57,545 nt of DNA from an uncultured Pelagibacteraceae bacterium (lineage in GTDB: Bacteria > Pseudomonadota > Alphaproteobacteria > Pelagibacterales > Pelagibacteraceae): the NCBI GenBank assembly GCA_902620265.1, contig CACNHI010000001.1:1-57545 (forward strand), given 5' to 3'. Under the pieces are notes generated by a model. The model made no database searches and had not been told where the DNA came from. It worked only from the letters and a program-made list of their open reading frames with translations. Both the position numbers and the translations under genes were made by a program. Positions 38,805-49,794 of this stretch are shown in pieces (position 1 is the first letter of the stretch; each line of letters begins with the position of its first letter).

Positions 38805-41800
38805 TTATATAATATTTGTGTGAATACCCTGATTTTTTAACAAATTAATATGATTTTTATCTATATATCTTTTGTTTTTTAAATTGAATATTAATTCCTT
38901 GCTATCTGAAATAAATTTAATTTTAACATTAGTATTACCTTGCTTACAAAGTATTTTATCAATCTCTTTTAGATTTTTTTCACTATTTACTGAAATTAAA
39001 ATATTTTCAATTGGTTTATCTATTAACTTTTGTAAAGGTGAAATTTTTTTAACATTAAATTTTTTAAATCTATTATTTTCATCACTAATATTCTTATTTA
39101 CAGTTATTAATAACGAATGTCCTTCTTTTAAAAATTCTCTATTTATCTCTAATAAATCAGAAAAAATAAATAATTCAAAAACAGACTGACGATCACTAAA
39201 TTTTACTATTGCATAAGAATTACCTTTTTGAGTTTTTTTTTCTTGCAACTTAAGAATTGTAGCAGCAATATTTACCTCAGATTTATTTACGTCGTCCTTA
39301 AAATCAATAAAATTATAGACGTTATAGTTTTCTAAAATTTCAGAATATTGGTTTAAAGGATGATCTGAAACAAAAAAACCGACTGATGAGAATTCTTTTG
39401 CTAATCTTTCATCTAAATTCCAATCATCTATAGTATTACTTAGTTCATCATCATTATCATCATTAGTTTGGAATAAATTAAATTGTTTATTTATTTTGTT
39501 TTCGTAAGTTTTTTTTGATTTTAATATTAATTTAGGTATTGATTCTAGTATTTTTTTTCTATTATTACTTATACTGTCGAATGCTCCTGCTTTTACTAGA
39601 CCTTCTAATTGCAGTTTATTAATATCTTTTGGATTAATTCTGTTTATAAAATTATTTAATGAACTAAATTTTCCTCCATTAACTCTTTCTTTAACGATAT
39701 TTGAAATAGCTTCATATCCAACATTTTTAATCGCTCCTAACGCATAATAAAAAATATTATCTTGTGATTTAAAATCAGCAAAACATTTATTAATATCTGG
39801 TCTTTGAATTTTTATATTTAATCTTCTAAGTTCTTCATAAAATTCACTTAATTTATTTTGATTAGATATATCCATACTCATAGATGCTGAAAAAAATTCA
39901 TTTTGATAATATGTTTTTAAGAAAGCAGTTTGATAAGCAATTATCGCATAAGCTGCAGCATGACTTTTATTAAAACCATATTCTGCAAAAGGTTCGATTT
40001 TTAAAAAAATACTAGCAGCTGTTTCTCTATTGATTCCTTTTTTAACTGCACCATCGATAAATCTAATCTTTTGTTTTTCTAGTTCTTGTCTTTTCTTTTT
40101 ACCCATAGCTCTTCTTAAGATATCAGCCTCGCCTGCAGTAAAACCCGATAGTTTTTGTGCAATTTGCATTACTTGTTCTTGATAAATAATAACTCCATAA
40201 GTAGGTTTGAGTATCTCCTCTAATAAAGGATGTAGATAGTCTGGTTCTTTTATTCCATGCTTACAATCGTTATAAGTTGGTATGTTTGCCATAGGGCCAG
40301 GTCTATATAAAGCTACCAAGGCAATTATGTCCTCTAGGTGATTTGGCTTCATTTGCATTAATGCTTCTTTCATCCCGGAGCTTTCTAATTGAAATAATCC
40401 AACAGTATGACCATTTGATAATAATTCATAGACTTTTTGGTCATCATAATTAATTTTTTTTAAATCAAAGTCTTTATCTAGTTCTCTAATCATTTTTAAT
40501 GTTTTGTTTATTACCGTTAGAGTTTTTAGACCTAAGAAATCAAATTTTATTAAACCAGCATTTTCTGCTGAATACATATCGAATTGAGTTGATGGTAGTA
40601 AAAGATTAGATGATCTGTCTTTATAAAGAGGAACTGTTTCTGTTAATTCCTTATCTGCAATTACTACTCCTGCCGCATGTGTTGCAAAATTTCTATTTAA
40701 ACCTTCTAATTTTAATGACAGCTCTATTAATTTTTTTACTCTCGTATCATCTTTAATTAACTTTTGCAGTCTTGGCTCATTATTAATACAGTCTGTCAAA
40801 TTTTGAGGTCTTGAAGGATCAAAGGGTATCATTTTTGAAATAGTATCAACGAATCCATAGGAAAAACCTAAAACACGGCCTACATCACGAATTACCATTC
40901 TTGCTTTAAGTTTGCCGAATGTAATTATATGTGCAACACTATTTTTATATTTAGAATTTAAATAGTTAAAGACGAGGTCTCTTTTTTCTTCACAAAAGTC
41001 GATATCAAAATCTGGCATTGAAATCCTATCTGGGTTAAGAAATCTTTCAAAAATTAAATTAAATTTAATTGGATCAACGTCTGTTATATCGAGACACCAA
41101 GCAACTAGCGACCCCGCTCCAGAGCCTCTTCCGGGGCCTACTGGAATATTTTTGCTTTTAGCCCATCTAATATAGTCGGAAACAATTAGAAAATAACTAG
41201 AGTATTCCATTTTTGTTATAATTTTAATCTCATGATTTAGTCTCTCAAAATATTTTTGATATATTTCATTTTTATCGATATCAGTCTTATCAACGTCAAA
41301 ATTCTCTATGATTTTCTTTTTTAAACCCTCAGTGGACTCTTCAAGTAAAATATTCTCTGGATTTAAACCTTTTTCAGAACCAATATTTGGAAGAACAGGT
41401 TTTGAAACTTTTGGTCTAAAATTTACCTTATAAACTAAATTATAATTATTTTCCAATGCTTCAGGTAAATCTGAAAATAATTCTTTTAATTCATTATCAT
41501 TTTTTAAGTAATGTTGATCTGAAAGTTTTTTTCTATTATGATCATTTACGTTAGATTTATGGCCTATGCACATTAATGCATCATGCGCCTCATGCATATC
41601 CTTGTCTAAATAATATACCTCATTTGTAGCAATAATTGGTATTTTTAGTTCATTAGATAGTTGAAGATTTAAATTTTCGAAATTTTTTTCGTTTAAATCA
41701 TTATGTCTTTGGATTTCAATATAAAAATCGTTTTTGAATTTACTTTTAAGTAAATTATATAAATTTTTAATTTCAGTTATTTTATCCTTTTCAAATAATT

Positions 41801-42215
41801 TACCTGTTAGACTAATTAGTGAGCCAGATAAAACAATAATATCATTAGAAATAGAAAGTAACTCACCAATGTCACAGTGGGGTTCATTTAAATGATTGTT
41901 ATCTAAAAATGATTTAGATGATAGTTGAATAATAGATTTATAGCCAATTTCAGATTTAGCTATCAAAGGAATCTTTCCAATAACATCTTTATATTTAAAA
42001 TTGATCTGTGAACCTAAGATTGGTTGTGTACCACTTTTGGAAATATTTTCTGAAAATTCAAGCGCGCCACACAAATTGTAAGAATCTGATATACCAATAG
42101 CTTTAACTTTATTTTTTTTGCAAAAATCTGATAATTCATCAATTTTTAGTGCACCTTCACAAATTGAAAATTGAGAATGTATTTTTATATGAGTGAATTT
42201 ACTATAACTTTCCAT
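38805..42215 (-). CDS. dnaE: DNA polymerase III alpha subunit
   Basis: GRGSGAGS, MPDFDIDF, KFDFLGL, YGFNKSHAAAY. Confidence 0.98.
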   Translation of the reverse strand: MESYSKFTHIKIHSQFSICEGALKIDELSDFCKKNKVKAIGISDSYNLCGALEFSENISKSGTQPILGSQINFKYKDVIGKIPLIAKSEIGYKSIIQLSSKSFLDNNHLNEPHCDIGELLSISNDIIVLSGSLISLTGKLFEKDKITEIKNLYNLLKSKFKNDFYIEIQRHNDLNEKNFENLNLQLSNELKIPIIATNEVYYLDKDMHEAHDALMCIGHKSNVNDHNRKKLSDQHYLKNDNELKELFSDLPEALENNYNLVYKVNFRPKVSKPVLPNIGSEKGLNPENILLEESTEGLKKKIIENFDVDKTDIDKNEIYQKYFERLNHEIKIITKMEYSSYFLIVSDYIRWAKSKNIPVGPGRGSGAGSLVAWCLDITDVDPIKFNLIFERFLNPDRISMPDFDIDFCEEKRDLVFNYLNSKYKNSVAHIITFGKLKARMVIRDVGRVLGFSYGFVDTISKMIPFDPSRPQNLTDCINNEPRLQKLIKDDTRVKKLIELSLKLEGLNRNFATHAAGVVIADKELTETVPLYKDRSSNLLLPSTQFDMYSAENAGLIKFDFLGLKTLTVINKTLKMIRELDKDFDLKKINYDDQKVYELLSNGHTVGLFQLESSGMKEALMQMKPNHLEDIIALVALYRPGPMANIPTYNDCKHGIKEPDYLHPLLEEILKPTYGVIIYQEQVMQIAQKLSGFTAGEADILRRAMGKKKRQELEKQKIRFIDGAVKKGINRETAASIFLKIEPFAEYGFNKSHAAAYAIIAYQTAFLKTYYQNEFFSASMSMDISNQNKLSEFYEELRRLNIKIQRPDINKCFADFKSQDNIFYYALGAIKNVGYEAISNIVKERVNGGKFSSLNNFINRINPKDINKLQLEGLVKAGAFDSISNNRKKILESIPKLILKSKKTYENKINKQFNLFQTNDDNDDELSNTIDDWNLDERLAKEFSSVGFFVSDHPLNQYSEILENYNVYNFIDFKDDVNKSEVNIAATILKLQEKKTQKGNSYAIVKFSDRQSVFELFIFSDLLEINREFLKEGHSLLITVNKNISDENNRFKKFNVKKISPLQKLIDKPIENILISVNSEKNLKEIDKILCKQGNTNVKIKFISDSKELIFNLKNKRYIDKNHINLLKNQGIHTNII

Positions 42216-42885
42216 TGATTGATCTTATATTACCATCAATCATTTCTATTTTACAATCTGACATTTCAGCAAATTCTCTATTATGAGTTGCAAAAATTAT
42301 TAATCTATTTTTATTTCTTAAATTTAATAAAGTTTTAAATACACTTTTTGCATTTTTTAAGTCTAGGTTTCCTGTAGGTTCATCCGCTAAAATTATTTTT
42401 GGCCTATTAATTATAGCTCTTGCAATTGCTACTCTTTGATTCTCACCACCTGATAATTCTGTTGGAAAATGATTTACCCTCTTTGAAAGTCCCAAATTCG
42501 ATAAGATTTTTTTTGCATTTATTGTAGCTGTTTTAGGATTGTTATTTAATGCTAGCTCAGCTAAACTTACGTTTTCTAGAGCTGTAAAATCGTTTAGTAA
42601 ATTATAATTTTGATAAATAATACCAATTGATGATGATCGGTATGTGTCATTGACGTCTTGCTTCTCATAGTTAATAATTTTATTTTCTATCGAAATTGAT
42701 CCAGAGCTAGGTTTATCTATTAGAGATATTAAATTTAATAATGTAGATTTTCCTGATCCAGAAGGTCCAATTAATGAGTAAATTTTTCCAATTTTGAAAT
42801 TAAGATTTATATTACTTAAGGCTTTAATTTTATTTTTTTTAAAAAAAAATTTTGATACTTTTTTAAAAGATATTAAATTATTCAT
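42202..42885 (-). CDS. lolD: Lipoprotein-releasing ABC transporter ATPase
   Basis: GPSGSGKST, LSGGENQR, ADEPTGNLD; follows lolC/E. Confidence 0.88.
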   Translation of the reverse strand: MNNLISFKKVSKFFFKKNKIKALSNINLNFKIGKIYSLIGPSGSGKSTLLNLISLIDKPSSGSISIENKIINYEKQDVNDTYRSSSIGIIYQNYNLLNDFTALENVSLAELALNNNPKTATINAKKILSNLGLSKRVNHFPTELSGGENQRVAIARAIINRPKIILADEPTGNLDLKNAKSVFKTLLNLRNKNRLIIFATHNREFAEMSDCKIEMIDGNIRSINGKL

Positions 42886-44098
42886 ATTTAAGAGATTTGA
42901 TAGGATCTAATTTAGATGCTCGAATAGCTGGAAATATTGAAACAATAACGGTTGCACTCACAGAACATATTGAAATCAAAATTATAGAATTAATATCGAT
43001 TTCAGATGGCATTTTACTTAAAAAATAAATTTCCTCTGGAAATAAAGATATATTGAATATTTTACTCAAGAAAGAACGAATATTTTCAATATATATAGAA
43101 AAAGTAACACCTATTAAAACTCCAAACATTGTTGCGGTCACCCCTATATAAAAACCTACAAGAAAAAAAATTTTTGTAATAGATTTATTTAATACACCTA
43201 TAGATTTTAAAACAGCAATTTCTTTTGTTTTATTTTTTACCAAAATAGTCAATCCAGAAATTATATTAAATGTAGCTACAATGATTATCAAAGAAAGAAT
43301 AATAAACATTACATTTCTCTCGACTTTTAGAGCTGAAAATAACGGTTTATTAAGGTCAGCCCATGTATAAATTAAATTATTAGGAAATTTTATTTCAAAG
43401 AACTTTTTCGCATTTTTAATTTGAATTGGATTTTTTAAGAAAATTTCTAAATTTCTTTCATTATCATCTAAATTGAGCAGGCTCTCTAAATTATCAATGC
43501 TTGTAAAAGCCACATTTCTATCAAAATCGACTAGGCCACTTTCAAAAAAACCATTGATTTTAAAAATTTCTTGCTTAGGTAAGTTACCTATAATTGTTTC
43601 TTCCCCTTTTGGGGACATTATCAAAATATTATCTCCAACTTTTAAATTTAGATCAAAACTTAATTCTTTGCCAAGAATTATATTTTTTTCATTACTGAAT
43701 TTTATATCTTTCAGATTTTTTTTAAATATAGGTAAATTATTTATTTCTTTTGGCTTGTATCCTCTAATAGAAAGACCTTTTGTAAAATTTTCCTTGATTA
43801 AAACTACTTCACCTGAATTAGTTTCAAGATAAGTGTCCAATAATGTATCTATTTCATTTCCAAAAATATCTTTTGTGACTTTTCCATAGGAGTGAACTAT
43901 AATATGAGAATTAAAGCCCACTATTTTACTTATAAGCTCAGATCTAAATCCATTCATTACAGACATTACTATTATTAAAACAGCAACACCAAGAGAAATA
44001 CCGATGAAAGAAAAAGTTGATATAACGTTTAAAAAACCATCATTTTTTCTGGTCCTTAAATATCGTAAAGCTATTTTGTTCTCTAGTTTTGAAATCAA
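42878..44098 (-). CDS. lolC: Lipoprotein-releasing ABC transporter permease LolC/E
   Basis: GISLGVAVLIIVMSVMNGF, ALKVERNVMF, FPAIRASKLDP; TTG start. Confidence 0.9.
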   Translation of the reverse strand: MISKLENKIALRYLRTRKNDGFLNVISTFSFIGISLGVAVLIIVMSVMNGFRSELISKIVGFNSHIIVHSYGKVTKDIFGNEIDTLLDTYLETNSGEVVLIKENFTKGLSIRGYKPKEINNLPIFKKNLKDIKFSNEKNIILGKELSFDLNLKVGDNILIMSPKGEETIIGNLPKQEIFKINGFFESGLVDFDRNVAFTSIDNLESLLNLDDNERNLEIFLKNPIQIKNAKKFFEIKFPNNLIYTWADLNKPLFSALKVERNVMFIILSLIIIVATFNIISGLTILVKNKTKEIAVLKSIGVLNKSITKIFFLVGFYIGVTATMFGVLIGVTFSIYIENIRSFLSKIFNISLFPEEIYFLSKMPSEIDINSIILISICSVSATVIVSIFPAIRASKLDPIKSLKYE

Positions 44099-45423
44099 TT
44101 TTTTTTACTTTGATTTATTAATTTAATTATTTGATCCAGGCTTAAAATTTTTGGGTTCTCACCAATGCTAATATATTCAAAATTATCACCCTCAGTTTTA
44201 TTTCCTATTATAATTTGAGATGGTATGCCTATTAAATTAAATTTCTTTAGTTTCGCTGAAAAATTTTCCTCTGTATCATCAATAATATAATCTATATTAT
44301 TATTTTTTAATTTCTTTGATATATTAATTGCTTTATCTAAATTCTTATTATCACCTTTATTTAAAAAAGGTATAATAGCACAATCATATGGTGAAACTGA
44401 TTGTGGCCATTTCATTATTTCATTTTTTTCGTCATATTTAGCTTCAATAATTGCCCCTACTAACCTTGATACACCAACTCCATAAGAACCCATTTTTACA
44501 AATTCTTTTTTTCCATTAAAATCAACACTTGAATTCATTGGTTTTGAATACTTGTCTCCAAAATAAAAAATGTGACCTACCTCTATACCTTTTGTTTTGA
44601 GCCTAAATTCCTCAGGAACTTTTTTATTAAATTCTTTTTCATTAAATTTTTCATCTGTAACCGAATAAAATTTTTCAAATTCTTTTCTCAAATTTTCTAG
44701 TGAGCTTTTTTTAATTTCTGTTTGATCACTGTTTACATTAAAAATTCTTTTATCTGTATAAATTTTACTTTCACCAGTGTCAGCTAAAATTATAAATTCA
44801 TGGGAAAGATTGCCTCCTATTGGTCCAGTGTCTGCCGCCATAGGTATTGCTGATAAATCTAATCTTTTAAATGTTTTTAAATAAGAAAGAAAAAATTTAT
44901 TATATGAGAATAATGCTTCTTCGTCATTTAAATCAAAAGAATAAGCATCTTTCATATAAAATTCTCTACATCTCATGATTCCAAATCTTGGTCTTAATTC
45001 ATCTCTAAATTTCCATTGTATGTGATAAAGGAGCTGGGGAAGAGACTTATAAGATTTTATACTTGATCTAAAAATGTCAGTAACTAGTTCTTCGTTTGTA
45101 GGTCCATAAAGCATATCTCTATTTTGTCTATCTTTAATTCTTAACATTTCATCACCATAATCTTTATATCTTCCACTTTCTTTCCAAATATCAGCAGATT
45201 GTATTGTTGGCATTAAAATTTCTTGAACTCCAATATTATCTTGTTCTTCTCTCACTATTTGCTCTATTTTTTTCATAACTTTAAAACCAAGAGGTAACCA
45301 TGAGTAAATGCCAGCCGATGATTGTTTGATCATTCCTATTCTAAGCATTAATTGGTGAGATTTAATTTTTGCTTCTGAAGGGATATTTTTTAATATTGGA
45401 ATAAAAGATTTTGAAAAGAACAT
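44095..45423 (-). CDS. proS: Proline-tRNA ligase (short form without the INS editing domain)
   Basis: SHQLMLR, GPTNEE, KFRDELRPRFG, GIEVGHIF, MGSYGVGVSR. Confidence 0.97.
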   Translation of the reverse strand: MFFSKSFIPILKNIPSEAKIKSHQLMLRIGMIKQSSAGIYSWLPLGFKVMKKIEQIVREEQDNIGVQEILMPTIQSADIWKESGRYKDYGDEMLRIKDRQNRDMLYGPTNEELVTDIFRSSIKSYKSLPQLLYHIQWKFRDELRPRFGIMRCREFYMKDAYSFDLNDEEALFSYNKFFLSYLKTFKRLDLSAIPMAADTGPIGGNLSHEFIILADTGESKIYTDKRIFNVNSDQTEIKKSSLENLRKEFEKFYSVTDEKFNEKEFNKKVPEEFRLKTKGIEVGHIFYFGDKYSKPMNSSVDFNGKKEFVKMGSYGVGVSRLVGAIIEAKYDEKNEIMKWPQSVSPYDCAIIPFLNKGDNKNLDKAINISKKLKNNNIDYIIDDTEENFSAKLKKFNLIGIPSQIIIGNKTEGDNFEYISIGENPKILSLDQIIKLINQSKKN

Positions 45424-45457
45424 AAATTTATTTAATTCTTTAAATTTAAATAATCAA

Positions 45458-47116
45458 TTAAATTCTTACTAAATTTACGTTGGTTATTGGCTTTTTTCCA
45501 GTTTTTTCTTTTGAATATTTTTTACAAACTACTTTAATAGTATCTATTATATTATTCTCCTGTTTTTTATTATTAAGTGAAAAAGTTTTTGCTGTTTTAT
45601 CAATTTCTTCCTCAAGTCCAAATTTAAATTCATCATTTTCTAAAACTGGTAATCCAACAAAAGTTAGTATTGGTCTGTCATGAAGATTTCCGTTAGAATT
45701 AATTAAAATTGTTACATCAAGAAATCCATTAGAGGATAAATTTTTTCTTTCTTTAATTGACTTAGCATCTTCATCTACGCTTACACTACCATCTACAAAA
45801 AGTTTTCCTGAAGGGGCTCTATCATAAACCTCGGGTTTTATTCCAGGATATAATTTTACTATATCACCATTTTCAACCAATACTGTCTCTGGAACCTGCA
45901 TCTCTTTTGCAAAATTTATATGCTCTATCATATGACGATGCTCTCCATGTACTGGTATTATGCATTTCGGTTTAATCCAATTATACATTTCTTTTAAATC
46001 TTCTCTGTTTGGATGTCCTGAAACGTGGACGAATTCATTTTCTTCGGAAATTACCTCAAGGCCATCTTTAACTAATTTATTATGAAGCTTATAAAGTTTT
46101 TTTTCGTTTCCAGGTATTATTTTAGACGAAAATATAACTGCATCGCCCTTTTCAATTAACACATCTGGATGTGTATATTTAGCAATTCTCATCATTGCTC
46201 CTAATGGTTCTCCTTGACTTCCTGTACATAAGTAAACTATTTTTTCACGGGGTAAATTTTTGGCATCTCTTGGATCAATTGGTTCTATGACATCTTTTAA
46301 GTAGCCACATTTTCTAGCTGCTTTAAAAATTCTATGCATCGACCTTCCAACTAAAGAAATATTTCTTTTAGTTTGTTTTGCGCAATAAAAAATTGTCTCC
46401 ATTCTTGCAACATTTGAAGCAAATGAAGTCACTATCACTCTTTTTTTTAATCTACTCATTATGTTTATTAAACTTTTTCTTACATCTCCTTCTGAGCCTG
46501 ATTTTCCCTCACTAAAAACATTTGTTGAGTCACAAATCATTGCCAAAACACCATCCTGACCAATCTCTTTTAATCTTTTTGAATTAATGTCACCTCCAAT
46601 TAAAGGATTGGGATCAACTTTCCAGTCACCAGTATGAAGTATGTTACCTGCTGGTGTTTGAATTCTTAATCCATTTGGTTCTAGTATTGAATGTGTGAGT
46701 GTAATAAATTCAATTTTAAATGGTGTGAGCTCCAAGGTGCTATTTAATTGAACAATATTTATAAATGGAGTGATATCTATTTTTTTTTCTTTAAATTTCT
46801 CTGTAATTAAAACGGCTGTAAAAGGAGTGGCATAAATTTTACAATTAAGTTGAGGCCAAATATGTGCTATTGCTCCTATATGATCTTCATGAGCATGAGT
46901 TAGAACTATTCCCAATAAATCATCTTTCTTATCTACGATAAAACCTGGATCAGGATATATCAAATCAATACCAGGCACCGTATCATCAGCAAATGTAACG
47001 CCAATATCAACTATAATCCATTTTTGCTCACCGGGTTTTCCGTAAGCGAAAAGATTCATGTTCATTCCAATTTCGCCGGATCCACCAAGGGGACAAAATA
47101 ATAATTCGTCTTTCAT
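45458..47116 (-). CDS. rnj: Ribonuclease J
   Basis: PLGGSGEIGMNM, THAHEDH, TGSQGEP, HVSGH, PVHGE. Confidence 0.96.
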   Translation of the reverse strand: MKDELLFCPLGGSGEIGMNMNLFAYGKPGEQKWIIVDIGVTFADDTVPGIDLIYPDPGFIVDKKDDLLGIVLTHAHEDHIGAIAHIWPQLNCKIYATPFTAVLITEKFKEKKIDITPFINIVQLNSTLELTPFKIEFITLTHSILEPNGLRIQTPAGNILHTGDWKVDPNPLIGGDINSKRLKEIGQDGVLAMICDSTNVFSEGKSGSEGDVRKSLINIMSRLKKRVIVTSFASNVARMETIFYCAKQTKRNISLVGRSMHRIFKAARKCGYLKDVIEPIDPRDAKNLPREKIVYLCTGSQGEPLGAMMRIAKYTHPDVLIEKGDAVIFSSKIIPGNEKKLYKLHNKLVKDGLEVISEENEFVHVSGHPNREDLKEMYNWIKPKCIIPVHGEHRHMIEHINFAKEMQVPETVLVENGDIVKLYPGIKPEVYDRAPSGKLFVDGSVSVDEDAKSIKERKNLSSNGFLDVTILINSNGNLHDRPILTFVGLPVLENDEFKFGLEEEIDKTAKTFSLNNKKQENNIIDTIKVVCKKYSKEKTGKKPITNVNLVRI

Positions 47117-47853
47117 TAATTAATTTTAATTACTTTGATAAGACCATCTATGGTTAAATCTTTTTGTATAATTGGTTTATTTTTTTTTATATTTTTAAAC
47201 ATATAAGCCAAACCACCTGTAAAAATAAGTTTGTAGGACTTTTTTGTTTGCTTTTTAATCATTAATATAATGTTGTCAATTAGACCTAAATAGCCCCAAT
47301 AAAAACCTGATTTAACAGCTTGATTTGTATTTGTACCAACAACTTTTGAAATTTTAGATAAATTTATTAGTGGTATTAATGAAGCTTTTTTAATTAGAGT
47401 ACTAAGAGATAAAGATATACCTGGAGCAATAACTCCACCATAATATGTATTTTTTATAATCACATCAAATGTAGTGGCTGTACCAAAATCTACAACTATA
47501 AAATTATTTTTGTTATCAATTACACTAATAGCATTTGCTATTCTATCAGATCCTGCTTGAGATCTGTTTACTTTAAGTTTCACTAATTTTGAAAATTTGT
47601 TATTTTTTAATTCACTACATGAAATGCCATAAGTTTTTTTGAGAAAATTTGATAATTGCCTATATACTGGAGGGACAACACTACTGAATAAACCAAGTTT
47701 TATACTTTTATTTTTTAACATTTTCAAATGTTTATTCATATAAATGTTTGATATTAGTCTGGTTTTTAAAAATATTTTTCTAGTTTTATCAAATTTATGA
47801 TTTAACAGAAAAATTTTTGTGTCTGTATTCCCTATATCCCCAACAATATACAT
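47116..47853 (-). CDS. coaX: Type III pantothenate kinase
   Basis: DIGNT, SSVVP, GSDR, VDFGTATT, TGG; start moved to ATG 47853. Confidence 0.92.
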   Translation of the reverse strand: MYIVGDIGNTDTKIFLLNHKFDKTRKIFLKTRLISNIYMNKHLKMLKNKSIKLGLFSSVVPPVYRQLSNFLKKTYGISCSELKNNKFSKLVKLKVNRSQAGSDRIANAISVIDNKNNFIVVDFGTATTFDVIIKNTYYGGVIAPGISLSLSTLIKKASLIPLINLSKISKVVGTNTNQAVKSGFYWGYLGLIDNIILMIKKQTKKSYKLIFTGGLAYMFKNIKKNKPIIQKDLTIDGLIKVIKIN

Positions 47854-47854
47854 A

Positions 47855-48376
47855 TTATTTGAATTGATAAATTTTTTTTTCATAAGATTTACACAGTAAT
47901 TTAAAAATTTGTAACTTTGTAACATTTTTTTTTGTAAAAAAATTAATGAAATTAGTTGAATATTTTTTGATTTTTGGCCTTTTATTTACGTTTATTCCAA
48001 TTCCTACAATTAAAAATTTTTTTTTCTCTTTAAAAACAGTTTCTTGTAAAATTCCACCTATTTTTTGTTTTTTAATTAATATATCATTAGGTTTTTTTAT
48101 AGCTACTTTATCATCAGTAAATTTTTGTACACATTTTTGTACGATTAAACAATTAATTTTTGTTATTTTGTTTAAGCGTATTTGATTTCCAATTACAAAA
48201 AAAATTGACATAAATAAATTTCCGTCAAATGAAATCCATTTATTACCCCTTTGACCTTTGCCCTTAGTTTGAAATTCAGCTAAAATGATTCCATTTTCAG
48301 CTCCTTTTCTTATTTGTATATGAGCTTTGTTATTAGTACTATTTATTTTTTTATAATAAAATTTTTTAAGCCTCAT
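47855..48376 (-). CDS. birA: Minimal biotin-[acetyl-CoA carboxylase] ligase
   Basis: STN, QTKGKGQRGNKW, PND, KIGGIL, GIGIN; follows nuoN. Confidence 0.88.
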   Translation of the reverse strand: MRLKKFYYKKINSTNNKAHIQIRKGAENGIILAEFQTKGKGQRGNKWISFDGNLFMSIFFVIGNQIRLNKITKINCLIVQKCVQKFTDDKVAIKKPNDILIKKQKIGGILQETVFKEKKKFLIVGIGINVNKRPKIKKYSTNFINFFTKKNVTKLQIFKLLCKSYEKKIYQFK

Positions 48377-49794
48377 CAAACCAAATCAATTTTTGATACG
48401 AAATCAATAAGGCTATTTGGGTAAATAAAATAAGTTAAAATTAAAACCGTAGCTATAATCAGAGATAATTTTAATCCTATACTGTGGTTTGTATCGTATT
48501 TCTCAACTTCATTATCAAAATATATTACTTTAATTATTCTTAAATAATAAAAGGCTGCAACAACTGTCGCTAACAAACCTACAATTGCTAAGAAAAACAT
48601 TGATTGCTCAATTACAGCCATAAACACATAAAATTTTGCAAAAAAACCAGCCAATGGTGGTATTCCAGCTAGTGAAAAAAGCACTATCAATAAAGAAAAC
48701 GATAATAGTGGGTGATTTTTTGACAATCCTGATAAGTCATCTATACTTTCATAGTATTTATCCTCACGTTTTAACATAAAAATACAACTGAAAAATGCTA
48801 AATTCATCACTAAATATATTGAAATGTAAGACACTGAACTTTGTATGCCTTCATTTGTGCCTGTTGTTAAACCAGCTAAAGCATATCCCATATGACTTAT
48901 AGAACTATAAGCAATTAATCTCTTTAGATTCTTTTGTCCTATAGCAGCTACAGCACCGAAAAGCATAGAGGCAATTGATAAAAAAATAATTATTGTCTGC
49001 CATTGATCAATCAAATTAATGAATGGAGTATATAAAAATCTTATAAATACTGTTAGTGCAGCAATTTTTGGCAAGATTGCAAAAAATAATGTAACTGATG
49101 TTGGAGATCCTTGATATACGTCTGGGGCCCACATATGAAATGGTACCGCAGAAATTTTAAAGGCTAAGCCAACTAAAATAAATACCATTCCAAATATTAT
49201 ACCTTGTGTTGAATCACCGTAATTTAATGAAATTTGAGAAAAATTAGTTGATGAAGAAAACCCATAAACTAAAGAACAACCATACAAGAGCAAACCAGAT
49301 GATAAGGCGCTAAGAACAAAATATTTTAAACCTGACTCAGAGGAAAGTACATTATCTCTATTAAAAGATGCTAATACATATAAAGCTAGAGACTGTAGTT
49401 CAAGTCCTATATAAAATACTATTAGATCGTTAGAGCTAACCATTACCATCATTCCAAGAATTGAGCTGAGGATTAAAATTGGATATTCTACATTATATAT
49501 TTTAATTGATTTTAGATACTGTGAAGAGGTTAATAAAACAAACAAAGTTGAAATAACAATTAATATTTTAATAAAGTTTGATAAATAATCAATTTTATAG
49601 CTTTCATTAAATATTAATAATTCAGCTGTGGATGGCACATTTAAAATCAAGGGAATTGATATTATTAATGTTAATATACTTAGACTATAAACAGTTGATG
49701 AGCTATTTTTTTTAAAGACACCGAAAAGTAATAAAAACATTAAACTTAGAGATATGAATATTTCCGGTATTACATAATAAATATCTATTATCAT
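48376..49794 (-). CDS. nuoN: NADH-quinone oxidoreductase subunit N
   Basis: ESGLKYF, FKISAVPFHMWAPDVY, AGIPPLAGF. Confidence 0.96.
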   Translation of the reverse strand: MIIDIYYVIPEIFISLSLMFLLLFGVFKKNSSSTVYSLSILTLIISIPLILNVPSTAELLIFNESYKIDYLSNFIKILIVISTLFVLLTSSQYLKSIKIYNVEYPILILSSILGMMVMVSSNDLIVFYIGLELQSLALYVLASFNRDNVLSSESGLKYFVLSALSSGLLLYGCSLVYGFSSSTNFSQISLNYGDSTQGIIFGMVFILVGLAFKISAVPFHMWAPDVYQGSPTSVTLFFAILPKIAALTVFIRFLYTPFINLIDQWQTIIIFLSIASMLFGAVAAIGQKNLKRLIAYSSISHMGYALAGLTTGTNEGIQSSVSYISIYLVMNLAFFSCIFMLKREDKYYESIDDLSGLSKNHPLLSFSLLIVLFSLAGIPPLAGFFAKFYVFMAVIEQSMFFLAIVGLLATVVAAFYYLRIIKVIYFDNEVEKYDTNHSIGLKLSLIIATVLILTYFIYPNSLIDFVSKIDLV

